Source of the DNA: Spirochaetota bacterium
GTDB taxonomy: Bacteria > Spirochaetota > UBA4802 > UBA5550
DNA length: 64,000 nucleotides
Direction of reading: 5' to 3'
NCBI GenBank assembly: GCA_963663865.1
Contig: OY760686.1
Coordinates: 1,728,001-1,792,000 of the forward strand
The notes under the pieces were generated by a model, which saw nothing but the letters and a program-made list of their open reading frames with translations, did no database searches and was not told where the DNA came from. A program made the translations under genes and the position numbers. Of this stretch, positions 1 through 9,296 are shown piece by piece (the stretch's first letter is position 1; every line of letters begins with the position of its first letter).

Positions 1-270
1 GGCACTGACCTGTTTTCCAGTCTCGCCGCAATCAATGAAGTTACTTTAAAAAAGGGAGACTACATTGTACTGCATACCGATGGAGTTGATGAGGCGCGAA
101 ATAAGCATGGAGAGGAATACGGGCTTGAAAGGTTTTACGCTTCATTGACGGCCAACTACGGATGCAGCCCGCACGAGCTGACCGATCTCGCAGTAAAAGA
201 CCTGGACAACTTTACAGGCGATATCCCGAGGAAGGACGATGTTACACTTCTTATCGCGAGGTTAAAATAA
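1..270 (+). CDS. 3' end of PP2C/SpoIIE-family phosphatase (truncated by window edge)
   Basis: Frame 1 translation ...KKGDYIVLHTDGVDEARNKHGEEYGLERF...RKDDVTLLIARLK*: TDG and DD motifs of SpoIIE/RsbU phosphatases. TAA overlaps the next ATG. Confidence 0.88.
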   Translation, partial: GTDLFSSLAAINEVTLKKGDYIVLHTDGVDEARNKHGEEYGLERFYASLTANYGCSPHELTDLAVKDLDNFTGDIPRKDDVTLLIARLK

Positions 271-581
271 TGTACAGGATCTCCTTCTATGTTCCGGCTG
301 AGAAACTTGAAGAGGTAAAGAACGCCATGTTTGAAGCCGGAGCCGGCCGCATAGGCAGCTATGATATGTGCTGCTGGCAGACCGCGGGTGAGGGGCAGTT
401 CAGGCCTCTTTCTGGAAGCAATCCGTATGTCGGGCATCACGGGAAGGTCGAGAGGGTAAGTGAATATCTGGTTGAAATGGTTTGCGGGGATTCAAGCGTA
501 AAAGACGCTGTTGAGGCAATGAAAAAGGCGCATCCCTATGAGGAACCCGCCTACGGAGTCTGGAAGCTCTCCGGTTTCTAA
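270..581 (+). CDS. Stand-alone NIF3/YqfO PII-like domain protein
   Basis: MYRISFYVP..AGAGRIGSYDMCCWQTAGEGQFRP..AHPYEEPAY. ATG at 270 is coupled to the upstream stop (TAATG). Confidence 0.85.
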   Translation: MYRISFYVPAEKLEEVKNAMFEAGAGRIGSYDMCCWQTAGEGQFRPLSGSNPYVGHHGKVERVSEYLVEMVCGDSSVKDAVEAMKKAHPYEEPAYGVWKLSGF

Positions 582-907
582 GCTCCCTGCGGATTTTTGA
601 TGCGTTCCTGTACGTTTGTGACGAGCTTAAGGTACTCCTTCTCGTTTAGAATATGCTCCCTCACGAGGGGATTGGCTTCGAATTCTGCCGTTAAATGCGC
701 TCTTTCAGATGGTGACATTGTGCTTTCTCCAGTTCCGTTAATCTCCCGGCCGAGCAGGACGAGTTTTGCCAGGAGCTCCTGAGCCTTCCTGTCGCTTTTC
801 ATGACCTCAAGGCTTTGCTTGTATTTTAATGTGATCTCATGATTTTCGAGAAGCTCTGAAAGCCTTTCGGCCTTCTTGATGATTGCCGCAATGTTGTCTG
901 TCTGCAT
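578..907 (-). CDS. YlbF/YmcA (RicA/RicF-like) family protein
   Basis: 109 aa, all helical, KAERLSELL..EITLKY..NPLVREHILNEKEY pattern typical of Com_YlbF. Confidence 0.6.
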   Translation of the reverse strand: MQTDNIAAIIKKAERLSELLENHEITLKYKQSLEVMKSDRKAQELLAKLVLLGREINGTGESTMSPSERAHLTAEFEANPLVREHILNEKEYLKLVTNVQERIKNPQGA

Positions 908-917
908 AGTTAACTGT

Positions 918-1865
918 TCACCATAGAATTTTCATTGGATTGATGAGCCGGCCGTTGTGCCAGAGTGTAAAGTGCAGGTGAGGTCCTGTTGAAAGACCGG
1001 TTGAGCCGACCCTTCCGATAATGGACCCGGCCCTGACCTTTCGACCCTGCGCGGTGAGAACCTTTGACATGTGCCCGTATAGGGTTCTGTATCCTTCAGG
1101 ATGTTCAACAATGACCGCGAGACCGTATCCTCCCATCCAGCCTGTTGAAGTTACGACACCTTCACGCGCCGCGCCGATGAGCGTTCCTGTCGGTGCGGCA
1201 ATGTCTATACCGTTGTGAAATCCTCGTGAGCGGTATATGGGATGGGTCCTCTTGCCGAAGAATGAGCTGTATCTTCCTCCGAGGGGTGATCTGAATTTTT
1301 CTCTGAGCGAATACTCAGCCGCAAGACTGTCTGTCATCGCCGTAGTAATTGGCCTGGTGTCTTTGATGAAAACCGCGATCGGTTCAGGATCTGACTTGAA
1401 GAAGCGGGAAATACGGTAGAATGCCGGAAACTCGGGAAGCAAAATGTCTGATTTTTCAGCGTTGTACTGGTTCCTGAGCGCTTCTATGCCGTCAAAGCTG
1501 TCTACAAAGGCAAGGACACCCTTCGTATCCGGAACAACAACGCGCTGGTCAATCCTTGCAAGAAGATCTTCCCAGAAGGGGTTGGCTGCGATAAGGGTGT
1601 CAATATCAACCCCGTATTTTCGAGCAATTTTCCAGAAGTTGTCGCCTTTTTCGACGGTGATGATATTTAGCTTTATCTCTTTGAAATTAACAGACTTTTG
1701 GAGATGTGAGATGTAGCTGTCAACCGTTTTGAAGGCGTCCTTTGTTCCAATAATATCAGAAGTATCAGTGTGTGATGCTGCCCCGGAAATTTTAAAGCTT
1801 AAGAAAATTGTAAACAGTATGAGCGGGATTGTAAGTGCTGGAATGAATATGTATTTATTTTTCAT
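918..1865 (-). CDS. LysM-domain M23 family peptidase
   Basis: N-terminal TM, LysM (VEKGDNFWKIARKYGV), M23 motifs HNGID and GPHLH. Start placed at ATG 1865 because the 1916 TTG abuts the predicted promoter. Confidence 0.9.
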   Translation of the reverse strand: MKNKYIFIPALTIPLILFTIFLSFKISGAASHTDTSDIIGTKDAFKTVDSYISHLQKSVNFKEIKLNIITVEKGDNFWKIARKYGVDIDTLIAANPFWEDLLARIDQRVVVPDTKGVLAFVDSFDGIEALRNQYNAEKSDILLPEFPAFYRISRFFKSDPEPIAVFIKDTRPITTAMTDSLAAEYSLREKFRSPLGGRYSSFFGKRTHPIYRSRGFHNGIDIAAPTGTLIGAAREGVVTSTGWMGGYGLAVIVEHPEGYRTLYGHMSKVLTAQGRKVRAGSIIGRVGSTGLSTGPHLHFTLWHNGRLINPMKILW

Positions 1866-1917
1866 GAGCAGACCATGATATGAATTATTTTTGAGGATGT
1901 ATTCTTTGATATTCAAG

Positions 1918-1945
1918 ATATCGGTGTTTAGTCAAGAAATATTTA
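1918..1945 (-). promoter_or_regulatory. sigma28 (FliA)-like promoter
   Basis: TAAA-N16-ACCGATAT on the minus strand, one mismatch to TAAA-N16-GCCGATAT. Confidence 0.5.
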
Positions 1946-1968
1946 TATAGTATAACTCAGTATGTTAA

Positions 1969-2107
1969 AAACTCATCGAGATGTGCTGTGTAATAGCGGT
2001 GTATTTAATCATCAGCTCTTTGCAGGCGCGTTCCGGTGCGAAGACGGAAAAACATAATATCTCGTGTTTAGGCGGTATGGACACGCTCTCCTTCGGACGA
2101 TGAGTTT
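1969..2107. repeat. 139-bp element with 10-bp terminal inverted repeats (MITE-like or structured RNA)
   Basis: AAACTCATCG (1969-1978) and CGATGAGTTT (2098-2107). Internal TTCCG/CGGAA hairpin at 2031-2049. Confidence 0.5.
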
Positions 2108-2273
2108 AATTTCAGGTGCTAAAATATTCATATGTTTTCCATTTTACGAATAATTTTTGATTTATATTAAAATATCATTGAATAATGACGTGGGTAATCT
2201 TATAATATTTACAAATATTAAAATGTGCTGGAATATCCTGAAATTCATTCCGGCACAGAAGGAAGAGGCCGGT

Positions 2274-2954
2274 ATGAGAAAAAATACTATAAAGATTTTG
2301 CTCCTGGCGTTTGTTGCTCTGGCTGCCGCTGTTTCGGCTGCCTCGTTTTACACCGAGTACATGTCACCTGAGAGAATAAAGCTTTTACCGGTGCCTAAAG
2401 ATTACCGGAATTATTTTTTCCTCCAATCCCTTGGGAAATCCACTCACATTATATTCAGCGAGTTTTCAGCAGCTGAAGTGTTTTTATCGCATATTATTGA
2501 TGAGGATGGAGACGGTAAGAGTGACAGAATCACTGAGTACTATCCTGATACTCAGAAATTCGCGGCACCAGTTAAGTCATCTTCAAAGTCGTACACAGAC
2601 TTTAATAAAATGAAATCTGATATCATAACCGGAAAGGCCTTTGAAAATACATACTCTTACAAGATGAGATCTATGGATGTTTTGAAGTTCAAGCTTAATG
2701 AGGGACGCGATGTATTTAAAGACCAACACGGGTACGCCGTCAAGGTGTACGATCCAGACCAGCCCTCATCTATTATGAGCGAGTTTTTCTTTGGAAAGAA
2801 GGACAATGAATACGATCTGGTTTTTAAGACCAACTACTACAAGATTTACAAAATGAAAATTATGCCTCCGGTGCCGTACTCGGTTTACTGCCGGCGCTCA
2901 ACTGATCCGTACATAAAACAGATTGTTGAAGAGTTGCTTGAATCAGTTAAATAG
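2274..2954 (+). CDS. Exported hypothetical protein
   Basis: MRKNTIKILLLAFVALAAAVSAAS signal peptide after a GAAGAGG SD. DEDGDGKSD possible Ca-binding loop. Confidence 0.75.
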   Translation: MRKNTIKILLLAFVALAAAVSAASFYTEYMSPERIKLLPVPKDYRNYFFLQSLGKSTHIIFSEFSAAEVFLSHIIDEDGDGKSDRITEYYPDTQKFAAPVKSSSKSYTDFNKMKSDIITGKAFENTYSYKMRSMDVLKFKLNEGRDVFKDQHGYAVKVYDPDQPSSIMSEFFFGKKDNEYDLVFKTNYYKIYKMKIMPPVPYSVYCRRSTDPYIKQIVEELLESVK

Positions 2955-2971
2955 AAAACCAGGAGCCTGAA

Positions 2972-3535
2972 ATGGAAACAAAAAGAATAAAAAAACTAAG
3001 AAAGCAGTATCTAATAGACAGAAAGTTTCAGTTGAGGACAGCGTTTTCTGTATTGTCAGTTGTGACGCTGATCTCGGCGGCTGTAATCGCGGCGATATCA
3101 CTCATTGTTCTCTACAATAATTCGAGGATACAGAATATCTCCGTAATTGAGGATAATATCGTTCATTATCTTACTTCGATCACTTCAGCTGAACAGGAAG
3201 AGGCGCATGGAGAGGCAATAAAGCAGATTGCGATTAATCATTCAGATAACATGGAAGCAATGTCAAACATGATTGAGACAAACCGGATTCTGATTTTCGC
3301 CATGATCTTTGCCATCGCTGCGCAGGCGCTTATTCTCTTCATGATGATGATTCGGAAAACTCATCGTATATCAGGCCCGCTTTTTGTAATAACCCGCCAC
3401 ATGGAGGAGATCAGGGATGGGCGCTATCCTAATTTGAGGCCTCTTCGTGAGAGCGATGAGCTCAGAACCTTCTATCATGTCTTCGGGCAGATGGTTGCCG
3501 CGCTGAAAGAGCGCGACACAGCGAGAAAGGAATAG
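2972..3535 (+). CDS. Two-TM membrane protein with HAMP-like C-terminus and no output domain
   Basis: AGGAG SD, RKQYLIDRKFQ N-terminal motif, two TM helices, THRISGPL..LRESDEL HAMP-like tail. Confidence 0.75.
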   Translation: METKRIKKLRKQYLIDRKFQLRTAFSVLSVVTLISAAVIAAISLIVLYNNSRIQNISVIEDNIVHYLTSITSAEQEEAHGEAIKQIAINHSDNMEAMSNMIETNRILIFAMIFAIAAQALILFMMMIRKTHRISGPLFVITRHMEEIRDGRYPNLRPLRESDELRTFYHVFGQMVAALKERDTARKE

Positions 3536-4192
3536 TTATTGAACCTTCATGGCCGAGCCGGCGCAGAGTCCCTCCAGAGGGCATGCGTCGAGCAGGCCGT
3601 ACTCGGACATTATGCGCATCAGAAGTCTGAGAGGCAGGCCTACAACGTTTGAGATTGATCCGTTAACCCTTTCGATTATTTTAGCCCCGTTTTCCTGCAC
3701 GGCGTAGGCTCCGGCCTTGTCACTGTACTCAATCCCCTCCAGATAATCGCGTATTTCTGTTTCGCTGAGTGGGCGGAATTTTACCGCCGTTGTTTCCGAA
3801 TAGCTTCCGCGTTTTGCTGCCTGACCCGGTCTTTCGAGAGAGACGGTCATTGCGGTAATGACGCTGTGCTCTCTTCCGGAAAGGGCTTGCAGTGTCTGTA
3901 CCGCTTCATCGAACGACGCCGGTTTGCCGTATATCGTATCGCCAAGTGAAACGATGGTGTCGCAAGCCACTGTGAAAAGAGGCTTGCTGTGTGTATCGGC
4001 GTTTGCTACCTCATCGTGTTTTTCCGATGAAAGTCTAAGAGCGTATTCGGTCGGGCTTTCTCCGGGCTTTCGTGTTTCGTCAATGCCCGGAACGGCGGTT
4101 AGAAACTCCGGCGTCAGCAGGCTGAGAAGCTCACGCCTGCGGGGTGAGCCTGACGCTAACAGTATTTTAATATTGTCAGATGGTCTGCTCAT
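3536..4192 (-). CDS. maf: Maf/YhdE nucleoside triphosphate pyrophosphatase
   Basis: LASGSPRRRELL, ACDTIV, GKP, KAGAYAVQ, SNVVGLP. Confidence 0.95.
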   Translation of the reverse strand: MSRPSDNIKILLASGSPRRRELLSLLTPEFLTAVPGIDETRKPGESPTEYALRLSSEKHDEVANADTHSKPLFTVACDTIVSLGDTIYGKPASFDEAVQTLQALSGREHSVITAMTVSLERPGQAAKRGSYSETTAVKFRPLSETEIRDYLEGIEYSDKAGAYAVQENGAKIIERVNGSISNVVGLPLRLLMRIMSEYGLLDACPLEGLCAGSAMKVQ

Positions 4193-6231
4193 TTTAATGT
4201 CACTTTTTCGTTGAGCTTGTAAACGTTTGTTATATTTTTTATCTGTCTTATCTTTGAGGCGATTTCGCCGAAGTGTTCGTTGCTTTTTACCTGAAGAGTG
4301 AACTTGAAAAGGGCATTGCCTCCTGGCTTTGCCTCAGCCTCAGCCTTCAGTATGTTCGTGCTGCAGAGTGATATCTCATCGGCAACATCCTTGAGAAGGT
4401 TAGGCCTGTCAACCCCTTCGACAGCGATTTTCACAGGATATGCCGCCTTATCAGACTTCTCCCATACAACTTTAATAAACCGTTCTTTCTCTCTTTCAAG
4501 CCGCTTTAGAGAGGGACAGCTCCTTTTGTGCACAGTTATTCCCCGCCCCCTTGTGATGAAACCAATAACATCGTCACCAGGAATAGGCTGGCAGCACTGA
4601 GGGAGCCTGATAAGCACATTTTTGTCTCCGTCAACGCTGATTGCGTTCTGCGAGCCGTTGGAAACACGGCGGATTTTAATCTGTTCCTCTTCCGGTATTT
4701 TGACCGCGGCGGTCGGTGTTTCCTTGCGCTTTTTGGATTCTCCGGACTTCTGGGCCGCTTCATCATCTTTGCTTCGGTTCTTTCTGAGCCAGGCCCTGAT
4801 TTTATACCTGGCCCCCGAGCTCTTGACGTACTTGAGCCAGGAGGCCGAAGGGTGTCCGGTTTTGCTTGTGAGCACTTCGACGATGTCGCCGCTATTCAGC
4901 CGGGTTCTGAGCGGGACGATCTTGTTGTTTACCCTCGCTCCTGAGGTATGAAAGCCGACCTCCGAATGAATCGCGAACGCGAAATCGACGGGCGTTGCGC
5001 CTTTGCCAAGCCTGATAATCTTACCTTTGGGAGTAAAGACGAAGATTTCATCTTCGTAAAGGTCCATCTTCAGGTCGTTGAGGAATTCACGTGAATCGTT
5101 GGACGATTCATAAAGTTTATTGATGTTTCTGAAAAACTCGAGGTCCCTGTAATCGCCGGCGGATGGCTTGCGGTTTTCCTTGTAGAGCCAGTGAGAGGCA
5201 ATGCCCATAATCGCTGTTTCGTGCATCTCTCTGGTCCTTATCTGAACTTCGAGCGGGTGGCCCTCCGGGCCTATAACGGTTGTGTGCAGAGACTGATACA
5301 TATTTGTCTTCGGGACTGCGATGTAGTCCTTGAAGCGTCCGGCTAAAGGCGTCCAGAGGGTGTGAATTACTCCGAGAACGGCATAACAGTCTCTGACCTC
5401 GTGTGTTATAATGCGTATTGCTCTCAAATCATATATCTCATCGAAGTCCTTGTTGTTCAGTTTCATCTTGCGGAATATTGAGAAGTAGTGCTTTGCCCTT
5501 CCCGTAATTTCAGCTTCAAGCCCGATTTCGCTGAGCCTTGAGGTAACGGTCTCACGTATTTTCTTCAGGTATTGTTCCCGTTCGGGTTCCTTTTGCGCGA
5601 GGAGCTCTCTGATGTAATCGTACTCCTCTTTGTATATGACGTGAAAAGCCATATCCTCAAGATCAGAGCTGATTCTTGTCATCCCCAGCCTTCTGGCAAT
5701 CGGGGCGTAGATGTCAAGAACCTCCCTTGCGATACGGTACTGCTTTTCAATAGGCTGAAACATGATGGTGCGCATGTTGTGTGTTTTGTCGGCAAGTTTG
5801 ATGATGATTACACGTATATCCCGGACTGTTGCCATGAGCATCTTTCTGAGAGTATCAGCCTGAGCGCTCGCGCGGGACTTATTCTTTATGTAGGATATTT
5901 TTGTGACACCGTCAATCAGGATTGCCATCTCTTCACCGAAACGCTCCCTGATGATCTCAAGCGTGGTTCCGGTATCCTCAACCACGTCGTGCATCAGCGC
6001 CGCGCAGATAGTAATCGTGTCCATTTTGAGGCTGGCGAGTATTATACCGACCTCAAGAGGATGAATGATGTACGGTTCTCCGGAAAGACGTGTCTGCCCC
6101 TGATGGGCTTCTTCGGCATAGATGTAGCAGGAGCGCAGAAGATCAATATCTGCCTGAGGGTTATAGGAGAGTATCAGTTCAATGAGACTGTCAAGATCTC
6201 TTCTTCTTATTTTCAGTTCAAATTCAGACAT
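4189..6231 (-). CDS. rel: Bifunctional (p)ppGpp synthetase/hydrolase, long RSH
   Basis: HD motif HDVVED, synthetase RFKD and YQSLHT, TGS (FTPKG..TPVDFAFAIHS), ZFD CCQPIPGD, ACT. Confidence 0.97.
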   Translation of the reverse strand: MSEFELKIRRRDLDSLIELILSYNPQADIDLLRSCYIYAEEAHQGQTRLSGEPYIIHPLEVGIILASLKMDTITICAALMHDVVEDTGTTLEIIRERFGEEMAILIDGVTKISYIKNKSRASAQADTLRKMLMATVRDIRVIIIKLADKTHNMRTIMFQPIEKQYRIAREVLDIYAPIARRLGMTRISSDLEDMAFHVIYKEEYDYIRELLAQKEPEREQYLKKIRETVTSRLSEIGLEAEITGRAKHYFSIFRKMKLNNKDFDEIYDLRAIRIITHEVRDCYAVLGVIHTLWTPLAGRFKDYIAVPKTNMYQSLHTTVIGPEGHPLEVQIRTREMHETAIMGIASHWLYKENRKPSAGDYRDLEFFRNINKLYESSNDSREFLNDLKMDLYEDEIFVFTPKGKIIRLGKGATPVDFAFAIHSEVGFHTSGARVNNKIVPLRTRLNSGDIVEVLTSKTGHPSASWLKYVKSSGARYKIRAWLRKNRSKDDEAAQKSGESKKRKETPTAAVKIPEEEQIKIRRVSNGSQNAISVDGDKNVLIRLPQCCQPIPGDDVIGFITRGRGITVHKRSCPSLKRLEREKERFIKVVWEKSDKAAYPVKIAVEGVDRPNLLKDVADEISLCSTNILKAEAEAKPGGNALFKFTLQVKSNEHFGEIASKIRQIKNITNVYKLNEKVTLK

Positions 6232-6512
6232 AGATTTAACAGGCCCTGAAAGCGGCCTCTTAAATTATTATCAGCCTCATTGAGAGCCTGTGTTGTAAAT
6301 GATTTTTTTACAGTTATGGTTTTTTTTTGAGAGATGTAAGCCTTTTAAATCGAATGTCAGTGAATTGATGATTAACACTTTATCAGGTTTATGCCTGAAG
6401 CGGCAGCGGGATGTTGATAAGGGGTTGAGTTTTGGCAAATAATGATTATATTGGTTTCAGAATAGGGAACATAATGTCGAAAATTAATTATTAAAGTCTG
6501 GAGTTGTCCGAT

Positions 6513-8021
6513 ATGGGGAAAAAACGGGAATATTTCCCGATTTATACAACGCTTATATCCGCAATAATTTTTTTTTCAGCTATGCATGGGGCGTTTTCTC
6601 AATTTCTATATGAGCAGGGGAAGCCGTCAGATGGTTCGGGCTCATATCCTCCCTATGTCGCTTATAATATAAGAGCGGAGAAGATTTCCGGCAGCGGAGG
6701 AGGTGCCATTGTTACGTGGGATGCAAATCCTTCTTACAAAGGCAGTTTTGCTGTATTTAAAAGCACGGGCGTTATTGACAGCGCGGAAAAGCTGCGACAG
6801 GCTTCAGCTGTGAGGATTTCGCAGCTTTACGGCAGGAACGCGGCTGTGGACGGCACGGCACAGGCGGAAGGTTCATTCTATGCTGTTGTGGCAGAAGAGA
6901 GGCTTTCGGGAAACGCGGAGCTTTACGCCGGAGTAAATTACACTATTTTCTCTGTCTATACTGATACAACGGCTAAGCCAACCGAAAACACCGCGCGTAA
7001 CGGTATTAGCGCGAGGCTTATTCAGGGCGGGAATATTCTCGTTCAGTGGGATGGAGCTCCCGGCAGCGGCAATACATATACTGTGTACAGGAGCAGCGCT
7101 GTCATAGACAGCCCCGGCAGGCTGAGGGAGTCTGAGAAGGTGACGGTGACGCTTGATGAGACGGCGTTTGTGGATCAGACAATGACCTCATCAGGAACGT
7201 ACTTCTACGCGGTGACAGTAAAGCCTGCAGGTAAAGAGGAGCTGATCGCAATGAAGGCGGGAGAGAACTTTACTACCGCAGGTGTGTACTTTGCAGGCCG
7301 TGATAGCGGAAGGACTGAGGATTATTATTCGGTAATAGCGATCAGGGCAAAGACTGTTAATGAAGGCGTATTGCTGACCTGGGACTATTCAGGCAGGAGG
7401 GGAAACAAGTTCTTTAAGGTCTACCGAACCGTTAGAAATGTATCTTCAATTTCGGAGCTAAATGATGCTGAACATATTGATGATGTTGAGATAATAGCCG
7501 GAAGGTTTATTGACACAGATGTACCGGCAGGGAAGTTCTTATATGGGCTCGTTCCATATGATTCAAATTCGCTTGCCGGGCACAATATAGTTCCCGGGAT
7601 AAACTTCACCATTGCCGGGGTAGGCACTGAGAAGAAGGCGGATGACGCGGAAAACACGGCAAAGGGCGATGTTCTGATACCGGATGCCGGGAGCTTTGAT
7701 GTTCTGCCGATTATTCCCGATGAATACGGTAGTGACAGCCGGCAGGATGACGTTTCTGAGCTTGAGGCCGTGAACAGAATTCTGAGAAGCTCTTTCTTTA
7801 AAGGGGATTTTAAGAAGGCGAAGGAGCAGCTGGGGGAATACCTGAAAACAGGGACTCAGCCGAGGGCCCGTGCGAAGGCGAGGCTGTTTGTGGCGAGATC
7901 GCAGATTGAGACAGGCGATTTCAGAGGGGCTATGACAAATCTGGTCTACAGCGACTTTAAGAAGTACTATTCAAAAGAAGCGTCATTCTGGTTTGAATTC
8001 GCGTCTATGAGGTTACGATGA
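6513..8021 (+). CDS. Exported protein with three fibronectin-III-like repeats and C-terminal TPR-like helices
   Basis: Signal peptide. Three ~110-aa repeats (V.WD...VYRS...D...Y.V...G.N[FY]T). Helical C-terminus ARLFVARSQIETGD. Confidence 0.75.
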   Translation: MGKKREYFPIYTTLISAIIFFSAMHGAFSQFLYEQGKPSDGSGSYPPYVAYNIRAEKISGSGGGAIVTWDANPSYKGSFAVFKSTGVIDSAEKLRQASAVRISQLYGRNAAVDGTAQAEGSFYAVVAEERLSGNAELYAGVNYTIFSVYTDTTAKPTENTARNGISARLIQGGNILVQWDGAPGSGNTYTVYRSSAVIDSPGRLRESEKVTVTLDETAFVDQTMTSSGTYFYAVTVKPAGKEELIAMKAGENFTTAGVYFAGRDSGRTEDYYSVIAIRAKTVNEGVLLTWDYSGRRGNKFFKVYRTVRNVSSISELNDAEHIDDVEIIAGRFIDTDVPAGKFLYGLVPYDSNSLAGHNIVPGINFTIAGVGTEKKADDAENTAKGDVLIPDAGSFDVLPIIPDEYGSDSRQDDVSELEAVNRILRSSFFKGDFKKAKEQLGEYLKTGTQPRARAKARLFVARSQIETGDFRGAMTNLVYSDFKKYYSKEASFWFEFASMRLR

Positions 8022-8031
8022 GGTATGGATT

Positions 8032-9246
8032 ATGAAGAAAGGGGCTGTTGCCGGAATTCTTATGATATGCGCGGGGCTCGCGCTGTTTGCGTATTATGAC
8101 AGATATGTAAAACCGGAGAACGAGGCAAGAGAGCTTAACGTTGAAGGGAGGATGATTCTCGAAAGGGGAACAACTGAATCTCTGAATCAGGCTATTAGCG
8201 TTTTTACGAGAGTCGTCGCTAAATATCCGGATACTGAAGCCGCAGATGAAGCTTACTATTTGATAGCCCTCGGATATGAAAAGCTGGGCCTTAACAGGCT
8301 TGCGTATATTAAGTATATTTACCTTCTGAAAAATAATCCGCAGCTCGGCAGCGGGCTAAAAACTGAGATCAGGACCAGGATTGCAAGGCTTAACATTCTG
8401 AAAAGCCAGACGGAGGAAGGGACTCATCAGCTCATGAATGCCCTTGCCGACACCGACAACCCGGATATGAGAAGCAGAATCTACAGCGAGCTCGGGCATT
8501 CAAGCCTTAAAAGCGCTGAATACGCAAGAGCGAAAAGGATGTTTGATATCGCTCTCAGAGAAAACGGACATAATGAGGAAGCAATAATTGGAAAGGCAAG
8601 GGCCTTTAAGCACCTCGGAGAAGACAGCAAGGCATACGATCTCTATGAGTATTTTTTGAAGTATTACGGCAGCTTTAGCCGCTACGAAAAGGACGTTAAA
8701 GCATCGTACCTGAATCAGATATATCAGAGCGGAATATCTTCGTTTAAAAAAGGCGCTTATTATGCTTCGATTGAGTTTTTTAAAAGGATGATCGGATATT
8801 TCCCCGGCGATAAAAAGACCGAGAACGGGCTGTACTGGATCGGTGAAAACTTTTTTGCCCTAAAAAAGTATGAATCGGCCATATCCTATTTCAACAGGGT
8901 GCTTTCCAATTCATACTTTCATAAAGATGAAGACGCGCGGATTAAGTGCGGATATTCATACTTTCTTGCGGACAGGTTCGATCTTGCAGCAAGGGAGTTT
9001 CAGACTTATCTCAGAGATTATCCGGGGGGCAAACACGCGGATACGGCAAGGAAATGGAAGGAGATGAGCACGAAGGAGATTCTCTACCGCATTGAGGACG
9101 GGATGGCCGATAGCGGAGAGACAGAAGAAGATAAAAGTATTGACGATTCGGACTACGGCGAGGAGCCTGTGAGCAGTCAGACTGACGGAGTATCCGGAGA
9201 AAATATTTCCGTGGATAGCGGCTATGAGAATGTAGCCGAGCTCTAA
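8032..9246 (+). CDS. Membrane-anchored TPR protein (CpoB/YbgF/BamD-like repeats) with acidic tail
   Basis: N-terminal TM, repeated A.Y.IG..Y..Y..A..F..YP TPR motifs (NGLYWIGENFF). Confidence 0.85.
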   Translation: MKKGAVAGILMICAGLALFAYYDRYVKPENEARELNVEGRMILERGTTESLNQAISVFTRVVAKYPDTEAADEAYYLIALGYEKLGLNRLAYIKYIYLLKNNPQLGSGLKTEIRTRIARLNILKSQTEEGTHQLMNALADTDNPDMRSRIYSELGHSSLKSAEYARAKRMFDIALRENGHNEEAIIGKARAFKHLGEDSKAYDLYEYFLKYYGSFSRYEKDVKASYLNQIYQSGISSFKKGAYYASIEFFKRMIGYFPGDKKTENGLYWIGENFFALKKYESAISYFNRVLSNSYFHKDEDARIKCGYSYFLADRFDLAAREFQTYLRDYPGGKHADTARKWKEMSTKEILYRIEDGMADSGETEEDKSIDDSDYGEEPVSSQTDGVSGENISVDSGYENVAEL

Positions 9247-9296
9247 GCCGCTGAAACGGCAGGCTTTGTCCGTCACTGGATGCTTAAGGAGAAGCC

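Noticed and set aside
1969-2107. Assignment as 6S RNA or a riboswitch
   Set aside because: Shorter than typical 6S and no recognisable conserved motifs. Kept only as an unassigned element.
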